Shown one piece after another: positions 7,706 to 15,882 of a stretch of 32,890 bases of DNA. Positions within the stretch are counted from its first letter, which is position 1; each line of letters opens with the position of its first letter. The stretch is from a bacterium (GTDB taxonomy: Bacteria; Electryoneota; Electryoneia; Electryoneales; Electryoneaceae): assembly GCA_043801585.1 (NCBI GenBank), contig JAZDLX010000030.1:1-32890 (forward strand), written 5' to 3'. Made by a program: the position numbers and the translations under genes. The notes below the pieces were generated by a model. That model was given only the letters and a program-made list of their open reading frames with translations, had not been told where the DNA came from and searched no databases.

Positions 7706-8629
7706 TCACCCAACACGTCCCGATGAGCCGAGCAAGCGCATCTTGGCGCGAACCGTTTCCGCAACCGCGTCACGTGCCTCACCGAGGTAAATCCGCGGAT
7801 CAATCACCCGTGGATCCTCTCCAAGCGTCTGGCGCAACGCCGCGAGGAATGCCAGACGCAATTCGGTAGCGACGTTGACCTTTCGGATTCCACGGCGGAC
7901 GGCCTCGCGGTACAGCTCCTCGCCCAATCCCGAAGCTCCCTGGATAGCGCCCCCATACCGGTTGATCGTGGAGATTGCCTCGAGATCCACACCCGATGCG
8001 CCGTGCAGGACAAGTGGAACGTGCACCCTGGCCGCGATAGCGGTAATGCGTTCAAGATCGAGGTAAGGCTCTCCCTGAAATTTGTAGGCGCCATGGCTGG
8101 TGCCGACGGCAATCGCCAGGGAGTCCACACCGGTTTTCGCGACAAATTCCTCCGCCTTTTCCGGATCCGTCAGTGGAGGTTCGACAGCCGCCTGCTCGCC
8201 CGGTTTTCCGCCGACATGCCCCAGTTCCGCCTCGGTGAAAGCGTTTCGAGCGTGAGCAAGTTTGACGACTTCGGTGGTGATCCTGACATTCTCCTCAAAG
8301 GGGAGCGAGCTGCCGTCGAACATCACCGAGGTGAATCCAGCTTCAAGCACGTCCGCCACCATCTCCGGGTTCTCGCCGTGATCGAGGTGAAGAACCGGCC
8401 GAACGTCCTCGCTGCGCGCCACCCCGGAGACTGTTGCGGCAAACGTGGCGGCGTCGAGATAGTCCAGGGTCTTGGGGCTGGCGGCAATGATCACCGGAGA
8501 CCGCTCATCGTGCGCCGCACGCACGATCGCCTGCACGAATTCAAGGTTTTCGGCGTTGAATTGCCCAAGCGCCCACCCCTCTCTGGCTGTTCTGGCATAG
8601 AGTTTTTTCAACTCGTCGCGATTCACCAC
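7706..8629 (-). CDS. fba: Class II fructose/tagatose-1,6-bisphosphate aldolase
   Basis: HLDHG, GFTSVMFDGS, EAELG, GTSHG, LVLHGASG, KVNV; GGAGGA RBS (the start may be 8626). Confidence 0.92.
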   Translation of the reverse strand: MVNRDELKKLYARTAREGWALGQFNAENLEFVQAIVRAAHDERSPVIIAASPKTLDYLDAATFAATVSGVARSEDVRPVLHLDHGENPEMVADVLEAGFTSVMFDGSSLPFEENVRITTEVVKLAHARNAFTEAELGHVGGKPGEQAAVEPPLTDPEKAEEFVAKTGVDSLAIAVGTSHGAYKFQGEPYLDLERITAIAARVHVPLVLHGASGVDLEAISTINRYGGAIQGASGLGEELYREAVRRGIRKVNVATELRLAFLAALRQTLGEDPRVIDPRIYLGEARDAVAETVRAKMRLLGSSGRVG

Positions 8630-8646
8630 TCCTCCAGATTGCAGCC

Positions 8647-8802
8647 CTACCGGGCAGCGTTCTCGTCCGTCGTAGCGGTCTTTGAATCGTTTTCCTTATG
8701 ATCCTGATACAGCCGAATGAACTCACGCACGGGCTGTACGATGAACACGACGAGGATGAAGAAGGCGATTGCCCAAATGCCCCAGGTAATCCAGTCAAAC
8801 AT
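8647..8802 (-). CDS. 51-aa single-TM protein, candidate SSS accessory subunit (absent from the ORF track)
   Basis: GGAG-N6-ATG; MFDWITWGIWAIAFFILVVFIVQPVREFIRLYQDHKENDSKTATTDENAAR*. It fills the gap between the SSS and the aldolase. Confidence 0.8.
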   Translation of the reverse strand: MFDWITWGIWAIAFFILVVFIVQPVREFIRLYQDHKENDSKTATTDENAAR

Positions 8803-8814
8803 GGTTTTCTCCGA

Positions 8815-10503
8815 TCAAGTGGTATAGGCACGCATTAGCCCGCCGCCAAAATAGATGATCATGCCGGTGATCGCCGTCGCGCTCGCCGCGTCTGAACCCT
8901 GCGATCCCAGATAGAGGCCAACGGCAAAGATCAGCAAACCGGCGAACCAGATGCCCAGCGCCGCCTTTCCAGGAAGACTGATTGGTATCAGGTGATAGGT
9001 TGACGCCTTGTCCACCTCTTCGGCGGTATTCTTCCTCGCCGCCCACACCCGGGCGATTTTCTCCGGATCAGGTTTCGCTGTCATCACACTGATCAGCGGA
9101 GTGAAGATCAGGGCGGCGGAAGCGGAAACCAGAGCGGTCACCGCAAAAGCACTGTCATCCGCTATCGCCCATCCGAAGAACGGCACCTTCGCCGCGACCT
9201 GCGTGTAAATGCCGAACCCGGCGCCCGCGAGGTACCCGAGGAAAGCGCCCTGCCAGTTTGCACGTTTCCAGAGCAGTCCGTAGAAAATGGCGACGATGAA
9301 GAGCGGCATGTCGAGGATGCTGATCACCGTCAGGTACGCCTCCACCGCCGTTCCGATTTTTGGAACCATGTACGCGAAGACGATCATAATCACGCCGGCG
9401 ACACCGATCAGCAGGCGCAAGGTGAAAACGACCGCCTTGTCCGTGGCGTCACGTTTGAAGATTGTGCGATAGACATCGTTGACAAACAGTGTGGAGGTGG
9501 CGTTCAGGTTCGCGGAAATGGTGGACACCTGGCTCGATAGCAGACCGACGAGCACAAGCCCCAGGATGACCGGCGGCATGTGACTGACCAGCAGCGTGCC
9601 CATGGCGTCATCGGGATTCGCGAGACCGGGATGAAGAATGCGCGCCGCGAGGCCTGGAATCACCGTGAGGTAGGCGATCGGGGCCATGATCACACCGGCG
9701 AGGATCAGGCCGCGTGAGACGGTGCGGATGTTTTTCGCGGAAAAGGCCGTTTGCAGCAGCCCCTGGTCCGTCGACGCCCATTGGATTCCGAGCAGGAAGA
9801 TGGCCACGATGAAAAGCCAGTTATAAGGACCCGACTGGACAACGAAATCCATCGACCCAGGCTCCAGCTTCGCAAGCAGGCCCGCTGTCCAACCGACCTT
9901 GCTCATCACCACGGGGACGATGATCAGCAGTGCGGCGAGCATCAGGACGAACTGCAAAACGTTTGTCAGGGCAACCGCCCACATCCCACCCATGGCGGTG
10001 TAGATGATGGCGATGATCGCGAACACCGCAATCCATGACGCGAATGCCATCGCGCCCTCGGTGCCGGTGACATTCATCGCCACCTTGACCGCGAGATAGA
10101 GCACCACCCCGAGCCACGCGCCCAACCGGAAAACCCACATGATGCCGATCAGGGCCCGGACGCCACGGCTGTAACGGTGTTCAAGGTATTCGGGCACCGT
10201 GTGGACCCTGAGGCGGCGAAGGATCGGAAGGACAAACAGGCCGCTGAAAACCAGCGCCATCATCCCTGTCCACTCCTGCCAGACAATCCCGATGCCGTGT
10301 GCGTAACTGGTGCCGGCGTAACCAACGAAATTGTAGAGGTTGATGTTCGTCGCCGCCAGTGTTGCAGCAAGGATGAAGGGTGTGATCGAACGGCCCGTGA
10401 CCATGAAGTCGTCGGGGTTTCCGATCCACTTGTAAAACCAGCTCCCCAGCAGAAAAATCACGCCAAGAAACACAAAGATGATGGCATAATCAATGAATGT
10501 CAT
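8815..10503 (-). CDS. Sodium:solute symporter (SSS) family sugar transporter
   Basis: DFMVTGR, TVPEYLEHRY, YTAMGGMWAV, DQGLLQ; many TM helices. Start MTFIDY chosen by analogy with its paralogue (GTG 10515 is an alternative). Confidence 0.92.
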   Translation of the reverse strand: MTFIDYAIIFVFLGVIFLLGSWFYKWIGNPDDFMVTGRSITPFILAATLAATNINLYNFVGYAGTSYAHGIGIVWQEWTGMMALVFSGLFVLPILRRLRVHTVPEYLEHRYSRGVRALIGIMWVFRLGAWLGVVLYLAVKVAMNVTGTEGAMAFASWIAVFAIIAIIYTAMGGMWAVALTNVLQFVLMLAALLIIVPVVMSKVGWTAGLLAKLEPGSMDFVVQSGPYNWLFIVAIFLLGIQWASTDQGLLQTAFSAKNIRTVSRGLILAGVIMAPIAYLTVIPGLAARILHPGLANPDDAMGTLLVSHMPPVILGLVLVGLLSSQVSTISANLNATSTLFVNDVYRTIFKRDATDKAVVFTLRLLIGVAGVIMIVFAYMVPKIGTAVEAYLTVISILDMPLFIVAIFYGLLWKRANWQGAFLGYLAGAGFGIYTQVAAKVPFFGWAIADDSAFAVTALVSASAALIFTPLISVMTAKPDPEKIARVWAARKNTAEEVDKASTYHLIPISLPGKAALGIWFAGLLIFAVGLYLGSQGSDAASATAITGMIIYFGGGLMRAYTT

Positions 10504-10527
10504 GGCCTCGTCCACCTTCCGGTTATC

Positions 10528-10962
10528 CTACTTGTCACCCATGACCTGCACAACAACGGTTCTTTCGAGCGGACCGTCAAACTCGAGGAAATAAATGGTC
10601 TGACGGCCCCCCTTGACGATCTTTCCGTCAACGATCGCAAAGTTGACCTGATAGTTGGCGAGGACGCTTTTCAGGTGATCCTCGGCGTTGAAACCCACAC
10701 GTCCGTCGAAGTCGAGGTACCGGCGATGCCGATAATCGGCTTCCACGGGCGCGAGCTTCTTGAAGAAGGCGATCATGTCCGCCTCGAGGCAGGGAATGCC
10801 CTCCGTCACATTCATCCCTGACGACGTGTGAGTGGTATACACGAGCAGGTGGCCGTGTTTGATACCCGACCGTTCGACCACTTCCTCCACCTGCGGAGTG
10901 ATATCGATTGCGATCTCGTCCGCCGTCGTCAGGATCTTGATCTTCTCGGTGTGGATATGCAC
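10528..10962 (-). CDS. yjbQ: YjbQ/UPF0047 family protein
   Basis: DITPQV, SGIKHG, HTSSG, NAEDHLKS, Q.IYFLEFDGP..R; AAGGAG RBS. Confidence 0.88.
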   Translation of the reverse strand: MHIHTEKIKILTTADEIAIDITPQVEEVVERSGIKHGHLLVYTTHTSSGMNVTEGIPCLEADMIAFFKKLAPVEADYRHRRYLDFDGRVGFNAEDHLKSVLANYQVNFAIVDGKIVKGGRQTIYFLEFDGPLERTVVVQVMGDK

Positions 10963-10973
10963 AAGCGACTCCT

Positions 10974-11813
10974 TTACAGCTTCAGCAGACGGCGCGCGTT
11001 TTCGCCGGAAATCGCCTCGATGGCATCCGCATTCAATCCGGCTCCCTCGAGCATCTCGATGGCGTGTTTGATTTCCATACGCGGGTAACAGGAGCCCATC
11101 AACACCCGCTCGCGGAGACTGCGCTCGATGACCGTCTTCGGGATCAGGTGGTTAAATACGAACCTCCCGAATTCGATGGGGTGATCGTGATAAAGCGCGG
11201 ACGTGTCGAGATAGACGTTGTCATACTTCAAACCCAGCGCTACAGCTTCCGCCACCCAGGGCCAGCCGAGGTGCGACAGGACAATGGGGACATCGCGAAA
11301 ACTTCGAATGATCCGCTCGAAGTGGATCGGACGCCCGGGTTCCAGGGGTGTATCCGGCGCCCAGCTCATTCCCGTTTCAAACAGGATCGGGATCTGCAGC
11401 GACCGGGCGGCTTCGTACACCTCGGTGGCACCCTTGGAATAGGGGTCGAAATCCTGCATGCCCGGCAGCAGATGGACACCCTTCAAGCCATAGGCTTTGA
11501 CATCCTTCTCGAGCTGCTGCGCGGCACCCTTGACCTCCGGGTCCACACTGGCAAAACCGACAAACCGTCCGGAACGTTTGACCAGCTCGGCAATCTGCGC
11601 GTTGGTGAAGACATCCACGCCGCGGGCGCGTTTGCAGGCAATCGGGAGGATTACCGCGGTGTCCACACCTCCCGCGTCCATCTGCAAGTGGAACACCTCG
11701 AGAGGCTGCAGGTTGTTGCCGCACTGGAAAACGTCCCGGGTCGCCCGCAACATCTCATCCGACCCCTCAACCATCTCCCGGACGAGCACCGGATAGGTAT
11801 GGAAATCGATCAT
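10974..11813 (-). CDS. Amidohydrolase_2-fold protein with atypical metal-ligand positions
   Basis: IDFHTY, GFASVDP, LFETG, LSHLGWP, NVYLDTS, GSCYP, GENARRLL. Start 11813 overlaps the PfkB stop (ATGA). Confidence 0.85.
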   Translation of the reverse strand: MIDFHTYPVLVREMVEGSDEMLRATRDVFQCGNNLQPLEVFHLQMDAGGVDTAVILPIACKRARGVDVFTNAQIAELVKRSGRFVGFASVDPEVKGAAQQLEKDVKAYGLKGVHLLPGMQDFDPYSKGATEVYEAARSLQIPILFETGMSWAPDTPLEPGRPIHFERIIRSFRDVPIVLSHLGWPWVAEAVALGLKYDNVYLDTSALYHDHPIEFGRFVFNHLIPKTVIERSLRERVLMGSCYPRMEIKHAIEMLEGAGLNADAIEAISGENARRLLKL

Positions 11814-12766
11814 CCTTTCTGATCTCCTTTGAATCCATGCTGGGTCAGCCATCGTTGCGTCCCATCACGATCCGTAAGCGCAGCCGTCCCACCAGCGGCC
11901 GTCACAGAATACGCCGCAATGGCATTTGCAAAGGTTAAGGCGTTTTCGTCATCGAATCCGCGAAGACCTGCGTAAACAAATCCGGCATCAAAACTGTCGC
12001 CCGCACCAACGGCATCGACAACGTTGACATCAAGAGGTTCAACCTGAAATTCCACGCCTTCCGCGTTTCGCATTTTCGCGCCCTGACCTCCCGCCTTTAC
12101 CACCAGTGTCATTCCACGGTGATGAAGGGCTTCGATGGCGTCAGCGATATCATGCGCCCCTGAGATCGCCAGAGCCTCGGACTCGTTGGGAAGAAAGATG
12201 TCCGTATGCTTGAGGACATCGTGAACCCCTTTCCACGTTTCCGCCGGGTCCCATTGAGTATCGAAGCTCGTTGTCAAGCCTGCATCGTGAGCGCGTTTGA
12301 AGAGGGTCGCGCAACCGGGTCGGAGCTCATCCTGGAGATAGAAGCTGGAGACGTGGAGGTGCCGTGCCCGGGCAAGCATCCCGTCGGTTATGTCCACCTC
12401 CTTGAGGTCATCCATGGCACCCTTGAAGGTGACCATCGCCCTGTCGCCTCCCCACCCGAGAACGGCCGTGACGCCCGTTGGGGTCGAGGGATCGACGATG
12501 ATGCTGCTGGTGTCCACGCCACCCTGTTGCAGGCTCTCCAGCACAAGTTTCCCGAAAGCATCCTCACCCAGCCTGCCGGCAAAGGCGACCTTCGCCCCAA
12601 GCGATGCCAGATTGACCGCAAAGATTGCTGAGGATGAACCCATGGTCAGGGTCATTCGGTCCGCGAGGATCTCCTTTCCCAGTTCCGGGGACTGAGTCAT
12701 GCCAAAAAGGATCAGGTCCGCGTTCAGTTCGCCAACAACAAGCACGTCAAACGGTTTGTTCGTCAC
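11810..12766 (-). CDS. PfkB family carbohydrate kinase
   Basis: VVGELNADL, GRLGEDAFG, FLPNESEA, DAVGAGDSFDAG. Confidence 0.93.
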   Translation of the reverse strand: MTNKPFDVLVVGELNADLILFGMTQSPELGKEILADRMTLTMGSSSAIFAVNLASLGAKVAFAGRLGEDAFGKLVLESLQQGGVDTSSIIVDPSTPTGVTAVLGWGGDRAMVTFKGAMDDLKEVDITDGMLARARHLHVSSFYLQDELRPGCATLFKRAHDAGLTTSFDTQWDPAETWKGVHDVLKHTDIFLPNESEALAISGAHDIADAIEALHHRGMTLVVKAGGQGAKMRNAEGVEFQVEPLDVNVVDAVGAGDSFDAGFVYAGLRGFDDENALTFANAIAAYSVTAAGGTAALTDRDGTQRWLTQHGFKGDQKG

Positions 12767-13815
12767 AGCGTCACCACTTGTGTCAGGTTTTTCGGGCTGT
12801 CCGGGTCTTCACCTCGGGACAGAGCATATTCAAGACCAAAAAGTTGAGCCACAGGCATCACCAGCGGCAACCGCGCTTTTTCAGGAATCTCCGTTCCAAT
12901 TTCCGTCACCAGGTCAGCGTGGTCACTCGTGATCCTTTTCGCTGAACCTGCAATGGCCCAGATTCCAACCCCCAACTTCTTGATATCGGCGAGCAGGTCT
13001 TTTTCGTAATCTCCTCCACCGTCCGAAAGCAGCGCCACGACAAATGTATCTGAATCTGCAATGGACTTGGGACCGTGGCGGTATTCAAGGCTGTGGAAGG
13101 GTTCGCTCGATTGAATCGCCATTTCCTTGACCTTCAGAGCGATTTCACAAGCGAGACCGTAATACGCACCCTGACCAAACGTCACGATGCGTTGAGGGTT
13201 GAACTCCGTCACAACCGTATGAACATCCCGATTCAGTTTTGATCCGAGAGCGTCCAACATGTCGGGCAATTGTTTCTGTGCATCGAGCAGATTCTCGCGG
13301 TGGGCGACGTGGAAAATCCAGCGGCTGAACCCAAGCAACATGGTGCTGAAAGACCGTGTCATTACGACCGACTTCTCCGCCGCTCGACCGACTGCAAGCA
13401 CAGCCTGCGCGCCTTTTGCCATTTCCGTTTCCGGGTGGCAGGTCAGCGCCCAGGTGACACCGCTGAATTTCTCACGCTGAACCTGTAGCGCCCGCACGGT
13501 TTCCGTTGTCGTTCCGCTCCTTGAAACTCCCAACGCCCAGGCGGGTTCCGGGTGATTGTAGTCCTCTGCACAGATCAACAGGTCGGACGGCGGCACGGCC
13601 AACACCGGCGCACCTGTGAGAGACCGCATCAGATGGGCAAGGGTGCGCGACAGGTAAAGAGACGATCCTGCACCGACAAACAGTCCACGCCCTTGGGGCG
13701 GGACGACCGGCAATCCGAATCCGTCCTGCTCAAGGTCCTGCAACGTTTCTTTCCAGACGCTCGCCTGGGAGATGATCTCCTGGCGAGTCGTTCCGCCCGC
13801 AATGGCGGTCATCAT
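12763..13815 (-). CDS. Double-SIS-domain sugar-phosphate isomerase/deaminase (AgaS/GlmS-C-like)
   Basis: GAGSS, SRSGTTTET, EKSVVMTRSF, LKVKE, EYRHGP, PDSPKNLTQVV; no glutaminase domain. Confidence 0.9.
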   Translation of the reverse strand: MMTAIAGGTTRQEIISQASVWKETLQDLEQDGFGLPVVPPQGRGLFVGAGSSLYLSRTLAHLMRSLTGAPVLAVPPSDLLICAEDYNHPEPAWALGVSRSGTTTETVRALQVQREKFSGVTWALTCHPETEMAKGAQAVLAVGRAAEKSVVMTRSFSTMLLGFSRWIFHVAHRENLLDAQKQLPDMLDALGSKLNRDVHTVVTEFNPQRIVTFGQGAYYGLACEIALKVKEMAIQSSEPFHSLEYRHGPKSIADSDTFVVALLSDGGGDYEKDLLADIKKLGVGIWAIAGSAKRITSDHADLVTEIGTEIPEKARLPLVMPVAQLFGLEYALSRGEDPDSPKNLTQVVTL

Positions 13816-13835
13816 CCATCTCCTTCCGTGAACCG

Positions 13836-15863
13836 TCAGGGGGTAAAGGTGAGGGTTGCTCCTCTTCTTAATTCAGGAATGGCCACTTCGGTGTTGCTGC
13901 CTTTTCTCCTCACACTCAACAGCTTCGAATCTCCGAACGCCTCAAGCATCCGGACGCTGGTGAAATGACCAGTGACGCGCAGTTTCAGGTTGGTCAGTTC
14001 TTTCGGTACGGCGTTCACGTTCGCCACCAGGCCTGTCGTATTGAACAGATGAACCGTCAGGTTTCTACCACTGCGAAGGGCGGTCACCTGGACGTCGCCA
14101 TCCGTTTTCAATTCGACCGTCCGATCGGCAAGTTTCAAGCGAGGCACCTTCTTCCACCATCGTTCTTTCAGCGCATTCAATTTGTCGGCCGGAAGGGAAT
14201 CGCGAGGCTCCTCCCACTCCTCGGTCATCGCCAGACCTCGAAGCCATTCCCGTTCGGGAACACCTTCGATTCGGATTACCTGCCCCTCCAATTCCCCAAG
14301 TCCATCGCCGGGACCTCGGTCGTTGTTCCACATCCCCGGTTCACCGCTGGCGACGATCTTCACACCTTTCTCCAGCAGACCCTGCAAGTACTCCAGTTCA
14401 GGTCCATCGAGCACTCGTGTGTCAGGCAGGATCAGAACCTTGACATCCGCCGTTCGCAGGTTGCGGGGGGTGATCACCTGGTAGGGAATCCCTGCCTCCA
14501 GCAGCAGCATGCTCGCCCCGAAGAAAGCATCCGTATACTCCCGGCCTGTCCATGTACGGCTGCTGGGCGAGAAGTAGATTCCATAGCCTGCCGCAACCGT
14601 GGCGTCATCGGGATACAGCACCTTTTTATGATCGCAAATCCAGTTCAACGCCTGCGAGCGCCAGCTCGAATCGACCGTCGACCTGCACATCCGGATATCA
14701 CCGCACTCCCAGAAGGAAGCGTCGAGAGCAATATGGCTGAACGCCAGATTTGCGGAGGCGGCGATGCGGTCTCCCTGCCATTTGTCGTAGGCGGCGTAGG
14801 TGAGCATCCAACTCGGTTTGCCACGTTCCCGGGTGATTTCGCGAAGTGCATGCACACCCGCCTGGAAGTACAGCCATTGATTCGTACCGCGAGCCGAGGC
14901 AACCGCAAACGGATTGTACTCGTGTGAAATGGCATCACAGAATTGGATGATGCGATAGGGGTCCGCACCGACGATGACAGGATCCATATCCGTACCGGGA
15001 TACAACTCAACGATGAATGCGACTCCCGGATCGGCGGCCTTGATCACATCGTGCACACGCATGACAAACTCATCCATGGCGTGCATTCGAAAACGAACCC
15101 ATTCCCGGAAAACGGGATCGTCAAAATTGCCCAAGTCGGCTTTGTACGGATCGAATCCCGTTCGACGGCGAAATTCAGCGACCGTTGCCGAGTCGAAACT
15201 CGCCCAGGTATCTCCCCATCCCTCGAAATGAGTCATCCAATAGGGAACGTCAAGATAGATGCCATCAAGGCCCGTCAGTGCAAGTCGCCGCACGATTTCC
15301 AGGTAAGGGTCCAGCCAGTCCCTGGCGTAGGGAGAGAGCCAGATATCCTCGGTGTTCGGCGGAATCCAGAACGCGGCTTTTTCGTCGAACAGTGCGGGGT
15401 CCCCGTCCCGATTCCTTTGAGCCCAGTTGGGATGGTCCAACAAAGCCGTATGGCCGCTGGCAATGTCATGCGAGAGGATTTCAAGCCCGGCGATGTAGAG
15501 CACCGCCCGGCGTCCGTTTTTGTGCACCTCGTGCGCCATGAAACGCACGAATTCAATGGTGCTGTCCGGATGGCAGAAGACTTCGTAATCCTCGGTCAAC
15601 CCCGTGTGCAGATCGATGACACTTGCCCCGGATGCAGCGGCATTGGCGATTTGCAGCGCAGCGTCCGCTCGCCCCCTGTACCCACAGAGACCGACGATGG
15701 TCGCTCCCTGGATCCAGCCGAAACGCCCGGATTCCTCATGCGGCGCATAGGACCGAATCCTTGAGCCCTGGGTCTTATCTCCGCATCCACAGGAATCGTT
15801 CTGCCCGAACAATGGTGTGGCGACCATGCTGACAAGCAACATCGGCGCAAGGATTCCACTCAC
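13836..15863 (-). CDS. Exported putative glycoside hydrolase (GHL6-like barrel plus trimerisation/GATase1-like domain)
   Basis: Signal peptide; HPNWAQRN, LDGIYLDVPYW, WVRFR, IVELYP, ISHEY, VLILPD, VHLFN. The start is uncertain (GTG 15863, CTG 15869 or TTG 15899). Confidence 0.72.
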   Translation of the reverse strand: MSGILAPMLLVSMVATPLFGQNDSCGCGDKTQGSRIRSYAPHEESGRFGWIQGATIVGLCGYRGRADAALQIANAAASGASVIDLHTGLTEDYEVFCHPDSTIEFVRFMAHEVHKNGRRAVLYIAGLEILSHDIASGHTALLDHPNWAQRNRDGDPALFDEKAAFWIPPNTEDIWLSPYARDWLDPYLEIVRRLALTGLDGIYLDVPYWMTHFEGWGDTWASFDSATVAEFRRRTGFDPYKADLGNFDDPVFREWVRFRMHAMDEFVMRVHDVIKAADPGVAFIVELYPGTDMDPVIVGADPYRIIQFCDAISHEYNPFAVASARGTNQWLYFQAGVHALREITRERGKPSWMLTYAAYDKWQGDRIAASANLAFSHIALDASFWECGDIRMCRSTVDSSWRSQALNWICDHKKVLYPDDATVAAGYGIYFSPSSRTWTGREYTDAFFGASMLLLEAGIPYQVITPRNLRTADVKVLILPDTRVLDGPELEYLQGLLEKGVKIVASGEPGMWNNDRGPGDGLGELEGQVIRIEGVPEREWLRGLAMTEEWEEPRDSLPADKLNALKERWWKKVPRLKLADRTVELKTDGDVQVTALRSGRNLTVHLFNTTGLVANVNAVPKELTNLKLRVTGHFTSVRMLEAFGDSKLLSVRRKGSNTEVAIPELRRGATLTFTP

Positions 15864-15882
15864 TTTCAGAGCAATGCTCCGT

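Noticed and set aside
8541..8831. 96-aa ORF-track call between the SSS and the aldolase
   Set aside because: It overlaps both neighbours and has low-complexity sequence. The 51-aa ORF at 8647-8802 in another frame has an RBS and a TM helix.
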